Counted from the stretch's first letter, positions 8,495 to 18,344 are shown. The stretch: DNA of 18,409 nucleotides from Campylobacterota bacterium (GCA_034717975.1 JAYEMF010000050.1:1-18409); one strand, 5' to 3'. A program made the numbers and translations. Notes: generated from the letters alone by a model not told the origin.

Positions 8495-8585
8495 TTAGCA
8501 CTTCAAACCATTCGATTATTCATTCATTAAATACTCCTCTCTAGCCGCTTTCCCCTTAAACGGCTAAAGAGTTCTCCTCCTTTTT

Positions 8586-8607
8586 TCGGGCTTTTGCCCG
8601 ATATTTT
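8586..8607 (+). terminator. Probable intrinsic terminator after tpx
   Basis: TCGGGC-TTTT-GCCCGA hairpin followed by TATTTT. Confidence 0.7.
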
Positions 8608-8628
8608 CATTAAACCTCATTCAAATTA

Positions 8629-8637
8629 TGCTAAACT
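8629..8637 (+). promoter_or_regulatory. Putative extended -10 promoter
   Basis: TGCTAAACT (TGn-TAAACT) about 40 nt upstream of ATG 8680. Confidence 0.45.
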
Positions 8638-8679
8638 CTTGAACATTAGATTTATAAATAGATCTCTATAAGGATTAAG

Positions 8680-9459
8680 ATGAAAAAACTACTGACAGCG
8701 GCTGCCATGACAGCTATGATTGGAACAGCAGCACATGCAGATTTTACACGCGTAGAGGCAGGTGTCGGCTCGTGGCAAAGTGACCCGAGTGGTCCACTTA
8801 CCTATAGCGTAAGTGGTGTTACAGAAACAGTAGATATCGTAGATAACCTTGGATTTCAAGAAGAGAACTTTACTTACCTCTGGTTAAACATCAAACATCC
8901 GATTCCAATCCTCCCGAATCTACGTCTAGAAAAAGTTGATGTCGACTTTTCAGGTAAAGCCACTCAGGATTTCACCTGGGTAGTCGATGGAACAGAACAC
9001 ACTTATAGTGCCGATACCGTCAGTAATCTTCAAATTGATCAAACTGATATAATTCTCTACTACAACATTCTTGACAACACCGCTTGGACAACAGTAGACC
9101 TCGGTGTTGATGTAAAATTGATGGATCTCACCGTCGATGTGACAGACAGTGTCGGAGGTAGCAGTTACAGTGAGTCCGAAAGTGTACCACTGCCTATGGC
9201 CTATCTGCGCGGACGTGTTGAAGTACCAGCCACCAACCTTGGCATCGAAGGAGATATCAAATATATCAGTTACAGCGATTCAAAGATGTACGATGCACGT
9301 GTAAAAGTCGATTATACCCTTGATTTCGTTCCGGTCGTCCAACCGGCATTAGAAGTTGGTTACCGTGTCCAGAAACTTGACATCGACGAAGATGATTTGG
9401 ATGTCAAAGTAGATGTTGAGTTCTCAGGGTTCTATGCCGGATTGATGCTGCGCTTCTAA
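8680..9459 (+). CDS. Outer-membrane beta-barrel protein (TIGR04219-like)
   Basis: Signal peptide ending AHA-D, HPIPILPNLRL and LYYNILDN motifs, amphipathic beta strands, C-terminal Phe (GFYAGLMLRF). Confidence 0.85.
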   Translation: MKKLLTAAAMTAMIGTAAHADFTRVEAGVGSWQSDPSGPLTYSVSGVTETVDIVDNLGFQEENFTYLWLNIKHPIPILPNLRLEKVDVDFSGKATQDFTWVVDGTEHTYSADTVSNLQIDQTDIILYYNILDNTAWTTVDLGVDVKLMDLTVDVTDSVGGSSYSESESVPLPMAYLRGRVEVPATNLGIEGDIKYISYSDSKMYDARVKVDYTLDFVPVVQPALEVGYRVQKLDIDEDDLDVKVDVEFSGFYAGLMLRF

Positions 9460-10283
9460 AGATAACGCTTATCTACAACAATGATCTCTCTCTCCAGAGA
9501 GATCCCTGTCTCCTCTTTCACTCGTTTTTCCACCAGTAAAATCAGCTCCATCGCCTCATCAAACGTCCCATTTCCCAAATTGACCAGAAAATTGGCATGC
9601 ACACTGCTGAATTGCATATCGCCGATGCGATGCCCTTTGAGCCCGACTGCTTCGATCAGCCGGCCTGCATAATCACCCGGAGGGTTTTTAAAACAGCTTC
9701 CGGCACTCGGGTCGGACGGCTGGTTGGCACGCATGGCTTGAAACATCTCAATTTTCAAAGAGTCAAACCCTTTCTCAACCTGAAAGGCCGCTTCAAAAAC
9801 AACCTCTTCAATATCTGTGCTGCGGTAACCGTGACCGACCTGTGCTTTTTCAAGTTGGCCTTTTTTGGTTCTGATCCAGAGCAGATTGTTGAATACTTCA
9901 TACTCTTTAAGTCCGGCATTCATCTGCAGCATTCCACCAAGCGTCCCGGGAAGATGGGCCATAAACTCAAAGTTGGCTATGTCATGTTTCTTGCAAAATG
10001 AGACAATCTTCCCGCCCGGCGTTGCCGCGCCGACAACAAGCTCCCCATCTTCAATACGGATAAAGTCAAATGTTTTGGAAAGTTTCATCAGAGGGGGATG
10101 TTGCGGACCGACAAGAAGATTATTGGCTGCACCGATCAGGTAGGCATCCTTTGGATACTCACAGGAGTCGATCATATAGACATCGGCAACCGGACCTACA
10201 TGAATCGAACTAAACTTCGAAAAATCTATCTTTTTCCACTTCCCTTTTCCCACTTCCCTCTTCCCCGTGCAGCTTTGCTGCAC
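9456..10283 (-). CDS. murB: UDP-N-acetylmuramate dehydrogenase
   Basis: PGTLGGMLQMNAG, QPSDPSAGSCFKNP, HANFLVN and LEREI motifs. Start uncertain: GTG 10283 or in-frame GTG 10253. Confidence 0.95.
   Translation of the reverse strand: MQQSCTGKREVGKGKWKKIDFSKFSSIHVGPVADVYMIDSCEYPKDAYLIGAANNLLVGPQHPPLMKLSKTFDFIRIEDGELVVGAATPGGKIVSFCKKHDIANFEFMAHLPGTLGGMLQMNAGLKEYEVFNNLLWIRTKKGQLEKAQVGHGYRSTDIEEVVFEAAFQVEKGFDSLKIEMFQAMRANQPSDPSAGSCFKNPPGDYAGRLIEAVGLKGHRIGDMQFSSVHANFLVNLGNGTFDEAMELILLVEKRVKEETGISLEREIIVVDKRYL
10232..10266 (-). repeat. Tandem heptamer GGGAARN x4 (G3N4 pattern)
   Basis: Minus strand reads G-GGGAAGA-GGGAAGT-GGGAAAA-GGGAAGT-GGAAAA. Confidence 0.85.
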
Positions 10284-10550
10284 TCATTGCACAAATGTCG
10301 GAATCATCTCAAACACTTTGACTGTAAAGTCACGCATCGAATTGAGCATCCACGGCATTGTTAAAATTATAACAACAACAACACCAATGATTTTTGGGAT
10401 AAAACTAAGCGTCATCTCATTGATCTGTGTCGTCGCCTGAAAGATGCTGACGGCCAGACCAAGCAACATACCTACCAGCAGTCCCGGCAGAGCCAGCATT
10501 AATGCTATCTTGAATGTTTCGACACCTAATGAGATGAGTTGCGAATCCAT
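10284..10550 (-). CDS. fliQ: Flagellar export apparatus protein FliQ
   Basis: GLAVSIFQATTQINEMTLSFIPK signature, 88 aa hydrophobic. Confidence 0.97.
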   Translation of the reverse strand: MDSQLISLGVETFKIALMLALPGLLVGMLLGLAVSIFQATTQINEMTLSFIPKIIGVVVVIILTMPWMLNSMRDFTVKVFEMIPTFVQ

Positions 10551-11413
10551 CAGCCTTTCCTCAACTCCGTATACTCACGAGGAATGACAAAATCTTCCGC
10601 TTTGATCAATGTCTCATAAAAGCCGTGTTCATAGCCCAGTTCATAGAGCTTATCGATCGCTTTATACTGAAGTTTACTCAGCTCGACGGACTCGTCATTG
10701 GCATAAAGTTCAAGATACTTATCGAGCGTTGCCCCTTCTATGCGTACGAGATTCTCTTCAACCAGTTTCGCACAAAGCTCCTCTTTACGCTCTCTGGCCA
10801 CACGCACAGCATTCGTCAACACCTCTTCATAAGCGATCGCCGAGGTAAGCGGCAGTGACCGTCGGATTGCCATCCCGCCAAGCGGAAGCGGCAGATCCTT
10901 ACCGGCAAGCTCCTGCCAGATATCCCATAGTTCACGTTCGACTTCAAGCTCTTCATTAAAAGTAAGAATGCTCTCATGGATCAACACTCCCGCATCTACA
11001 TCACCGTTTCTGACCGCACCTTCGATGTCAAGAAAGTTCATGTAAGTAATACGTGCATCCGGATAGGCGATGCGAAAGAGCATCGCATTAGTCGTATACT
11101 TGCCGCTCAGTGCCACTTTAAAACGGCGTTTAAGTTCCGTGCCCTTGCGCTTGATCAGCTTGGGACCATACCCTTCGCCAAAACTGACCGCTGTACGCAG
11201 CAGGGCATACTCATTTCGGATATGCGGATAGAGGGCAAAACTGATCGCAGTAATATCGTAAGTACCTTTCAGTGCTTCAACATTAAGCGTTTCAATATCG
11301 AGTGCCAGGTTATCAAATTCGATATCCTCAAGCCCGACCCATCCGAACTTGATGGCGTAGTACATAAATATATCATCAGCATCGGGTGAGTGGGCAATAA
11401 GTGTCTTTTTCAA
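10550..11413 (-). CDS. mqnD: Futalosine-pathway menaquinone enzyme (MqnA/MqnD family, most like MqnD)
   Basis: HSPDADDIFMYYAI, SFGEGYGP, GVLIHE and LPLPLGG motifs. TTG start with AAGGA SD. mqnD-fliQ-murB order as in Campylobacter. Confidence 0.88.
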   Translation of the reverse strand: MKKTLIAHSPDADDIFMYYAIKFGWVGLEDIEFDNLALDIETLNVEALKGTYDITAISFALYPHIRNEYALLRTAVSFGEGYGPKLIKRKGTELKRRFKVALSGKYTTNAMLFRIAYPDARITYMNFLDIEGAVRNGDVDAGVLIHESILTFNEELEVERELWDIWQELAGKDLPLPLGGMAIRRSLPLTSAIAYEEVLTNAVRVARERKEELCAKLVEENLVRIEGATLDKYLELYANDESVELSKLQYKAIDKLYELGYEHGFYETLIKAEDFVIPREYTELRKG

Positions 11414-11503
11414 AATCCAGTAATCCTTGTTTAAATCAATTAGATTTTAACCTAAGAACGCTAAAATTACGCACTATTTTAAGCCGCCTGTGAAATAGCC
11501 AAA

Positions 11504-11550
11504 ATATGTCATTTTGCAATATTAAAGTAAATTATTGCAAAATGACATAT
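11504..11550. repeat. Perfect 18-bp inverted repeat in the mqnD/recA divergent intergenic region
   Basis: ATATGTCATTTTGCAATA (11504-11521), 11-nt spacer, TATTGCAAAATGACATAT (11533-11550). Confidence 0.95.
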
Positions 11551-11553
11551 AAT
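11548..11553 (+). promoter_or_regulatory. Putative sigma70 -10 box of recA
   Basis: TATAAT ending 31 nt before the recA ATG, with SD AAGGA downstream. Confidence 0.65.
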
Positions 11554-11584
11554 TTGACTAATAAACTATACCTAAGGAATTACG

Positions 11585-12622
11585 ATGGACGCCAACAAGC
11601 AAAAATCACTGGATCTGGCACTGAAACAGATTGACAAGGCATTTGGAAAAGGGGCGCTGATGCGTCTTGGTGACAAAGAGATCGAACCGATTGAAGCGAT
11701 CAGTACAGGCTCCATCGGTCTGGACCTTGCATTAGGGATCAATGGCGTACCTCAAGGACGTGTGGTCGAAATCTATGGGCCGGAGAGTTCAGGTAAAACC
11801 ACCCTTGCTCTTCAGATTACAGCAGAATGTCAGAAAAAAGGCGGCATTTGTGCCTTTATCGATGCCGAGCATGCACTCGATGTGCTGTATGCCAAAAATC
11901 TTGGCGTCGACATTGAGAACCTTCTGGTATCACAGCCTGATTATGGGGAGCAGGCACTTGACATCGTTGAGACCATCGCCCGTTCTGGCGCCGTAGACCT
12001 GATCGTTATCGACTCCGTGGCAGCCTTAACGCCAAAAGTTGAACTTGAAGGCGAGATGACCGATCAGCAAGTTGGAGTACAGGCACGCTTGATGTCCAAA
12101 GCCCTTCGAAAACTTACCGGTATACTTCATAAAATGAATACAACCGTCATTTTTATCAACCAGATTCGTATGAAAATCGGTATGATGGGATACGGATCTC
12201 CGGAGACGACTACAGGTGGTAATGCCCTTAAATTCTACGCTTCTGTTCGTATCGATGTACGTAAGATAGCAACGCTTAAACAGGGTGAGAGCCAGATTGG
12301 AAATCGTGTTAAAGCAAAAGTGATCAAAAATAAGGTTGCCCCTCCGTTTCGTCAGGCAGAATTTGATATCATGTTTGGAGAAGGTATCTCCAAAGAGGGA
12401 GAACTTGTCGACTACGGTGTTAAACTCGATATCATTGATAAAAGCGGTGCATGGTTCAGTTACCAAGACAGTAAATTGGGCCAAGGGCGTGAAAACGTTA
12501 AACAGAAGTTCAAAGATGAACCTGAGCTCGCTTTAGAGATCGAAAACAAAATTAAAGAAGCCATGGGCATGAGTTCAATGATGCAAATGGAACAATCTGA
12601 AATAAATGAGGTAGATGAATGA
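11585..12622 (+). CDS. recA: Recombinase A
   Basis: Walker [40 protein letters not shown] and KNKVAPPF motifs. No intein. Confidence 0.99.
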   Translation: MDANKQKSLDLALKQIDKAFGKGALMRLGDKEIEPIEAISTGSIGLDLALGINGVPQGRVVEIYGPESSGKTTLALQITAECQKKGGICAFIDAEHALDVLYAKNLGVDIENLLVSQPDYGEQALDIVETIARSGAVDLIVIDSVAALTPKVELEGEMTDQQVGVQARLMSKALRKLTGILHKMNTTVIFINQIRMKIGMMGYGSPETTTGGNALKFYASVRIDVRKIATLKQGESQIGNRVKAKVIKNKVAPPFRQAEFDIMFGEGISKEGELVDYGVKLDIIDKSGAWFSYQDSKLGQGRENVKQKFKDEPELALEIENKIKEAMGMSSMMQMEQSEINEVDE

Positions 12623-13884
12623 TTTTTATTGACAATGTAACTGCTATGGAAGTAATGGATTCTCGCGGGAATCCAACGGTAAAAGCCACTGTAACACTAA
12701 GCGATGGAACATCGGCTAATGCAATCGTACCTAGTGGTGCCAGTACCGGTAAACGTGAAGCACTTGAGCTGCGAGATGGTGATGAGCGCTATATGGGTAA
12801 AGGTGTTCAAAAAGCTGTAGAAAATGTCAATACACAAATCGCCGATGTGCTGATGGGATTAAGTCCATTCAATCAGGCAGTTGTCGATGCAGAGATGAAA
12901 GAGCTAGACGGCACAGACAACTATGGCAACCTTGGTGCCAATGCAGTTCTTGGTGTCTCTATGGCAGTTGCACGTGCAGCAGCACAAAGCTTGAATATGC
13001 CGCTGTATCGCTATCTTGGTGGTGCCAATGCCATGGTAATCCCGGTTCCAATGCTTAACATTATCAATGGCGGTTCACACGCTGACAACTCTGTTGATTT
13101 TCAAGAGTATATGATCATGCCGGTTGGTTTTGAAGATTTCACTGAAAGCCTTCGTGCATCCGCCGAAGTCTATCACAACCTCAAAAAAATCCTCAAAGAT
13201 GGGAAACACAATACAGCACTTGGAGACGAAGGTGGTTTTGCACCGGATTTAAGTTCAAACGAAGAACCGATCCAGGTCATTATGCAGGCTATTGAAAAAG
13301 CTGGTTACAAGCCGGGTGAGCAGATGGCAATTGCCCTGGATGTAGCGGCAAGTGAACTGGTAGTTGATGGTGGCTATCGTTTGGACTCTGAAAACCGAAC
13401 AGTTTCTGCTGCCGAGTTTGTGGATTATTATGTTGATCTATGCGAAAAATACCCTATTGTCTCTATTGAAGACGGCTTAAGCGAAGATGACTGGGATGGC
13501 TGGAAACTAATGACTGAAAAACTCGCCGATAAAGTACAGCTTGTCGGTGACGACCTTTTTGTGACCAATGCCAACATTCTTGCCGAAGGTATCGAAAAAG
13601 ATATTGCCAACTCTATTTTGATCAAGCCAAACCAGATAGGTTCTGTCTCTGAGACAATGCTGACCGTTCGACTGGCACAGCGTAACGGCTACAAATGTGT
13701 TATGAGTCACCGTTCGGGTGAGAGCGAAGATGCTTTTATCGCTGACTTCGCTGTCGCTCTGAACTGTGGTGAGATCAAAACCGGTTCAACAGCACGCGGT
13801 GAGCGTACAGCCAAGTACAACCGCCTGCTTGAAATTGAAGAAGAGGTCATCTACGGCGAATACCTGGGTGCCGATCTTTTTTAA
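12619..13884 (+). CDS. eno: Enolase
   Basis: [32 protein letters not shown] and SHRSGE motifs. ATGA overlap with recA. Confidence 0.99.
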   Translation: MIFIDNVTAMEVMDSRGNPTVKATVTLSDGTSANAIVPSGASTGKREALELRDGDERYMGKGVQKAVENVNTQIADVLMGLSPFNQAVVDAEMKELDGTDNYGNLGANAVLGVSMAVARAAAQSLNMPLYRYLGGANAMVIPVPMLNIINGGSHADNSVDFQEYMIMPVGFEDFTESLRASAEVYHNLKKILKDGKHNTALGDEGGFAPDLSSNEEPIQVIMQAIEKAGYKPGEQMAIALDVAASELVVDGGYRLDSENRTVSAAEFVDYYVDLCEKYPIVSIEDGLSEDDWDGWKLMTEKLADKVQLVGDDLFVTNANILAEGIEKDIANSILIKPNQIGSVSETMLTVRLAQRNGYKCVMSHRSGESEDAFIADFAVALNCGEIKTGSTARGERTAKYNRLLEIEEEVIYGEYLGADLF

Positions 13885-13901
13885 TACCATAACACTCACC
13901 C

Positions 13902-14180
13902 ATGCAAGATGAGCTTTTTGAAGAGATAGAGAGTAGCCAGACACTTCCGGAACGCTACCTCGGTCTTAGCTGGGGTAAGCTTCTCTTCGCCCTCTTCTTG
14001 GTACTTGCACTCGGTATCTATATCGGTATTTTACTTTTTGGCGACAACTCTCTGGACGTCTTACTGAACCTTGAAGAGTACGAGAACTACCTCAAAGATG
14101 AGATCTATCGCTTAAAAGAGGAAAATGCCGGCTTGCAAAAAGAGTATTTCGAACTCAAAGAACTTCAATCCGATAATTAG
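13902..14180 (+). CDS. FtsB/DivIC-like septum formation initiator (single TM plus coiled coil)
   Basis: One TM ending LLFG, then leucine-heptad coiled coil (LKEENAGLQKE). Position after eno is typical of ftsB. Confidence 0.7.
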   Translation: MQDELFEEIESSQTLPERYLGLSWGKLLFALFLVLALGIYIGILLFGDNSLDVLLNLEEYENYLKDEIYRLKEENAGLQKEYFELKELQSDN

Positions 14181-14181
14181 C

Positions 14182-14198
14182 TATAATATTGCAATATT
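14182..14198 (+). promoter_or_regulatory. Putative -10 box overlapped by a 14-bp perfect palindrome
   Basis: TATAAT at 14182-14187 and AATATTGCAATATT at 14185-14198. Confidence 0.55.
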
Positions 14199-14214
14199 TT
14201 TTTAAGGGTTATGT

Positions 14215-14850
14215 TTGTTTAAAAACTTTCTACTTTTAACGCTGCTCTTAACACTCTCCCAGGCACGGGAAAACCCTTTTTTCCCGGCGGAAGGGATGAA
14301 AGACCTTTCTGTCACAACCAATAAACCTAAAAGCTTTGATCCACTCAAACGTGCTGCCATCACCCTGCCGGACAGTGCCCGTATTCTAAAAGAGGTGACC
14401 GTACGCTATCAGAACCTGGATGGTTCCATCGATACACGCACGATCTCACTTGAACATAGCGTCGACTGGCATCTTCCGGTTTTTGTGTCACAGTCCTATG
14501 GTTCCGACAATACTCCAAAGCAAAAAACAAAGCCTTACACCAATAAAAACTTCATCACTGTTGCTAATTTCAAAGAGATCAAATTCTTTCAATCCGGTAA
14601 ATCAATGAAAATCACAACAAACGACAAGCTTCTACGGCACTTTATGATGATAAAACCGCATCGCATTGTCATGGACTTTGAACGTGAAACTGACTTCCGG
14701 TCAAAATCAAAAACCTTAAAACAGGCCCCTTACAAAACTATTCGTCTGGGGAACCATAATGGCTATTACCGTGCTGTTATTGAGCTTGATGGACAGTATA
14801 ACTATAAAGTAGGATTTGAAAACGGAGCGATCATCCTCCGTGTTTATTAG
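14215..14850 (+). CDS. AMIN-domain periplasmic protein (CgpA-like)
   Basis: Signal peptide then ARENPF. C-terminal AMIN-like PHRIVMDF...IRLGNH...YRAVIELDG. TTG start with AAGGG SD. Confidence 0.85.
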   Translation: MFKNFLLLTLLLTLSQARENPFFPAEGMKDLSVTTNKPKSFDPLKRAAITLPDSARILKEVTVRYQNLDGSIDTRTISLEHSVDWHLPVFVSQSYGSDNTPKQKTKPYTNKNFITVANFKEIKFFQSGKSMKITTNDKLLRHFMMIKPHRIVMDFERETDFRSKSKTLKQAPYKTIRLGNHNGYYRAVIELDGQYNYKVGFENGAIILRVY

Positions 14851-14855
14851 TTGTT

Positions 14856-14940
14856 TGTAAGAAGTTATCTGACTCGCGAGAGGCTGGCTTTTACTAGAAA
14901 TCATTTAGTGATTTCCAGTACCATTCTTTAGAGTAGAACT
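14856..14940. repeat. Dispersed structured intergenic repeat, copy 2
   Basis: 69/85 identical to 3378-3462, same orientation. Identical core at 14887-14918. Confidence 0.9.
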
Positions 14941-15017
14941 ATCAGAGCGGTTAACGCAGCTAAATGGGTTATGCCCTCGTGGGTGCTTTGCCTATTTGGC
15001 GTTAAAATAAAAAGAGA

Positions 15018-16088
15018 TCAGCTTAAACCAGCTGCATCGAGGCTTTTGACCTGTGCATCCGCGATCAGCATATCGATCACTTCATCAAACAATCCACCGC
15101 CCATAATCTCATTTAGACGGTAAAGTGTCAAATTGATCCGGTGGTCAGAGATACGGTTTTGCGGGTAGTTGTAGGTACGGATACGACCGCTTCGGTCACC
15201 GGTTCCCACCTGTTCACTTCTTGCTGCACCCTCTTTTTCCATTGCTTCTTGCATCTCAAGGTCATAGAGGCGAGCTTTGAGAACCTTCATCGCTTTCTCT
15301 TTATTCTTGTGCTGCGATTTTTGATCCTGATTGGTGACAACGATGCCCGATGGAAGGTGTGTAATACGAACGGCCGAATCTGTTGTATTGACCGACTGCC
15401 CCCCACATCCGGATGAGCGCATAACATCTATCTTAAGATCATTAGCATCGATATCGATTTCTACATCATCAACCTCAGCCATGATAGCAACCGTAATAGC
15501 CGAAGTATGAACACGTCCCTGAGACTCGGTAGCAGGCACACGCTGGACTCGGTGGGTACCGCCTTCATACTTCATACGGCTGTAGACATGGTCACCTTTA
15601 ATCAGGGCGATCACCTCTTTATATCCACCCGATTCAGATGGACTGGTGCTCATAAGTTCGATCTTCCAGCCACGCACTTCTGCATAACGGGTATAGGCAC
15701 CAAAAAGATCACCTACAAAGATCGCCGCTTCATCCCCGCCTGCACCGGCCCGCAACTCAATGATCGTATTTCGATCATCATTCGGATCTTTCGGTACCAT
15801 CAAAATCTTGATCTCATCTTCCAAAGGCACCACTTGCGGCTCGAGCTCTTTAAGTTCCTCTTTGGCCAGTTCACCAAGTTCTGGATCACTCAACATCGCT
15901 TTATTATCTTCGATATCAGCCAAAAGGGTTTTATACTCATTCGCTTTTTCGACGATAGTTAAAATAGAAGACTGTTCTTTGGAGAGTTCTGTCATCTTTG
16001 CAATGTCAGAAACGATTTCGGGGGAGCTGAGCATCTCGCTCAGTTCATTGTAGCGCGCGATAAAAGGAGTTAGTTTATCGGCAAGCAT
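15018..16088 (-). CDS. prfA: Peptide chain release factor 1
   Basis: GGQ motif ([10 protein letters not shown]), RF1-type PAT (RVPATE), RTYNYPQNR. Confidence 0.99.
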   Translation of the reverse strand: MLADKLTPFIARYNELSEMLSSPEIVSDIAKMTELSKEQSSILTIVEKANEYKTLLADIEDNKAMLSDPELGELAKEELKELEPQVVPLEDEIKILMVPKDPNDDRNTIIELRAGAGGDEAAIFVGDLFGAYTRYAEVRGWKIELMSTSPSESGGYKEVIALIKGDHVYSRMKYEGGTHRVQRVPATESQGRVHTSAITVAIMAEVDDVEIDIDANDLKIDVMRSSGCGGQSVNTTDSAVRITHLPSGIVVTNQDQKSQHKNKEKAMKVLKARLYDLEMQEAMEKEGAARSEQVGTGDRSGRIRTYNYPQNRISDHRINLTLYRLNEIMGGGLFDEVIDMLIADAQVKSLDAAGLS

Positions 16089-16106
16089 AAATGTATCTAC
16101 CTATAA

Positions 16107-16367
16107 TTAGATAGCGTTAACAGCTTGGTGCAGACGGCTTACTTTACGTGCAGCAGTCTCTTTTTTCAAGATACCTTTGCTAACAAATTTATGGATCTGT
16201 TGGTTAGCCACTTTAAGTGCTTCAGCAGCCTCTTCTTTGTTGCCTGCATCAATAGCAGAACGAACAGCTTTAACAATGTTTTTCAAACGGGTACGGTAAA
16301 ATCGATTACGCTCAGTACGTGTTTCAGTCTGACGAATACGTTTGACCGATGACTTATGGTTTGCCAT
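16107..16367 (-). CDS. rpsT: 30S ribosomal protein S20
   Basis: [13 protein letters not shown]...AARKVSRL. True start is ATG 16367 with AAGGA SD (the track's 16460 start is over-extended). Confidence 0.98.
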   Translation of the reverse strand: MANHKSSVKRIRQTETRTERNRFYRTRLKNIVKAVRSAIDAGNKEEAAEALKVANQQIHKFVSKGILKKETAARKVSRLHQAVNAI

Positions 16368-16478
16368 TGCGTTTATCCTTATCATAATTTTTTTAGGATA
16401 GAATGCTACCTGAAATAATCTTAAATTTAAGTAATACTTAATAATTATACAAATAAACAAGCTGGTAATGGAGTAAAT

Positions 16479-17822
16479 ATGAAATTATTTGGGACAGATG
16501 GTGTACGTGGAGAAGCCGGAACATTTTTGCATGCAGAGCTGGCGATGCGTATTGCGATGGCGGCCGGGGTCTATTTTAAAAAAAGTGCGAAGACCAAAAA
16601 AATTCTTGTCGGTAAAGATACAAGGCAAAGCGGATACATGATTGAAACAGCCATTGTCAGCGGCCTCACTGCGGTGGGATACAATGTTATTCAGATCGGT
16701 CCGATGCCGACACCGGCGATTGCTTTTTTAACAGAAAATATGCGTTGTGATGCCGGTATTATGATCTCGGCAAGCCACAATGCCTACGGAGACAATGGGA
16801 TAAAGTTTTTCGATGCACATGGTGACAAACTCTCCGAAGAGGCTGAAGCAGAGATCGAGGCTATTGTACACAACCATTCGGGAGTAATTACGGACGAACA
16901 TGCGACCGGCAAAAATATCGGTTCTGCCAAACGTATCGATGATGTTATCGGGCGCTATATTGTCCAACTGAAGAACTCATTTCCAACAGACCTGAATCTG
17001 CAGGGGGTTCGCATCGTTTTGGATACTGCCAACGGGGCGGGCTACAGAGTCGGACCGACAGTTCTTGAAGAGCTTGGGGCCGAAGTCATTGTCTTGAACG
17101 ACAAACCAAACGGCTCCAATATCAACGAGGATTGCGGTGCGCTCCACGCCAAAGGTGTAAAATCTGCTGTCAGGGAGTATCGCGCCGATATCGGCCTGGC
17201 GCTGGATGGCGATGCAGACAGGCTTGTGGTCATCGATGAGCAGGGTGAGGTTATCGACGGCGATCAGCTGATAGGCGCACTGGGGATCTACCTGCATGAG
17301 ACCAAACAACTCAAAGGCGATGGTATTGTTGCCACCGTCATGAGCAATCAGGGCCTTGAAGATTTTATGCAAAAAAAAGGGCTGAAACTCTACCGTTCAA
17401 ATGTCGGGGACAAGTATGTCCTTGAGATCATGAAAGAAAAAGGGATCAATTTCGGCGGTGAGCAGAGCGGCCACGTGATTATGCAGGATTTTGCCAAGAC
17501 GGGTGACGGTCTGGTAACGGCACTTCAGACTCTGGCACTGATACTCACCAAAAAAGAGAAAGCAAGCAAACTGCTTCGACCATTCCCGCTCTATCCGCAA
17601 AAACTGATCAATATTAAGATAAAAGAGAAAAAACCGCTTGATGCAATCGAAGGGCTTCAGGATGAACTGAAGGTGCTTGACAAGGCACATATCCGCCATC
17701 TCATCCGCTATTCCGGAACAGAGAACAAACTGCGTATTCTTTTAGAGTCAAAAGACGCAAAAAGCATGAACAAAGCGATGGATAAGCTGGTGGAGTTTTT
17801 TCAAAATGCCCTCAATGGCTAA
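16479..17822 (+). CDS. glmM: Phosphoglucosamine mutase
   Basis: FGTDGVRG, phosphoserine loop ISASHN, DGDADR, GGEQSGH and RYSGTE motifs. Confidence 0.98.
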   Translation: MKLFGTDGVRGEAGTFLHAELAMRIAMAAGVYFKKSAKTKKILVGKDTRQSGYMIETAIVSGLTAVGYNVIQIGPMPTPAIAFLTENMRCDAGIMISASHNAYGDNGIKFFDAHGDKLSEEAEAEIEAIVHNHSGVITDEHATGKNIGSAKRIDDVIGRYIVQLKNSFPTDLNLQGVRIVLDTANGAGYRVGPTVLEELGAEVIVLNDKPNGSNINEDCGALHAKGVKSAVREYRADIGLALDGDADRLVVIDEQGEVIDGDQLIGALGIYLHETKQLKGDGIVATVMSNQGLEDFMQKKGLKLYRSNVGDKYVLEIMKEKGINFGGEQSGHVIMQDFAKTGDGLVTALQTLALILTKKEKASKLLRPFPLYPQKLINIKIKEKKPLDAIEGLQDELKVLDKAHIRHLIRYSGTENKLRILLESKDAKSMNKAMDKLVEFFQNALNG

Positions 17823-18321
17823 ACTCCTTTTAGCCCTTCTCCTTTCACTTATCGGGATCTTCATCATCGATCAGGGAATCAAAGAGTTCATGATGCTTAA
17901 AGCAATGGAGCTCTACTCAACTGACCAGGAGTCACTCTATGGACAGGTCCTGACCATTTATGAAACAGCCTGCATCAATATGACCCTTGTCTTCAACAAA
18001 GGGGTCGCTTTTTCGATGTTTGCTTTTCTGGAGGAGTGGCTAAAATGGCTGCAGCTGGTACTCATCAGTGGTGTGCTGGGCTACATTGTCTACTTGAAAA
18101 AAAGCTGCTACTCTATTCCGGCCGGGATCTTGATCGGTGCAGGTCTTTCCAATGTCTATGACCGTTTTATTCATGGCGGGGTGGTGGATTATGTCTACTG
18201 GCACTGCGGATTCAACTTTGCCATCTTCAATTTTGCCGATGTAATGATCGATCTCGCCGTCGTCTGGCTGCTGATTCTGAACTTCAAACCGGACCTTTGC
18301 AGAGAAAAAACGACAGATTAA
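17815..18321 (+). CDS. lspA: Lipoprotein signal peptidase II
   Basis: DQ..K, NKGVAFS, SNVYDR, GGVVDY and FNFAD motifs. ATG 17815 or 17806 overlapping the glmM end. Confidence 0.95.
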   Translation: MAKLLLALLLSLIGIFIIDQGIKEFMMLKAMELYSTDQESLYGQVLTIYETACINMTLVFNKGVAFSMFAFLEEWLKWLQLVLISGVLGYIVYLKKSCYSIPAGILIGAGLSNVYDRFIHGGVVDYVYWHCGFNFAIFNFADVMIDLAVVWLLILNFKPDLCREKTTD

Positions 18322-18344
18322 AGAAAAACTAAAAGTACAGAAGG

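Noticed and set aside
9456..9459. 4-nt overlap of convergent stop codons (OMP/murB)
   Set aside because: Common in compact genomes, with no further signal.
10284..10550. fliQ isolated from other flagellar genes
   Set aside because: mqnD-fliQ-murB opposite recA-eno is the known Campylobacter arrangement, so it is not novel.
14211..14222. Mini-ORF ATG-TTT-GTT-TAA overlapping the AMIN gene start (possible frameshift or uORF)
   Set aside because: The ATG is only 2 nt from the SD. The TTG at 14215 has proper spacing and gives an intact signal peptide.
16368..16460. N-terminal extension of S20 in the ORF track
   Set aside because: AT-rich divergent promoter region. The canonical MANHKS start with SD is at 16367.
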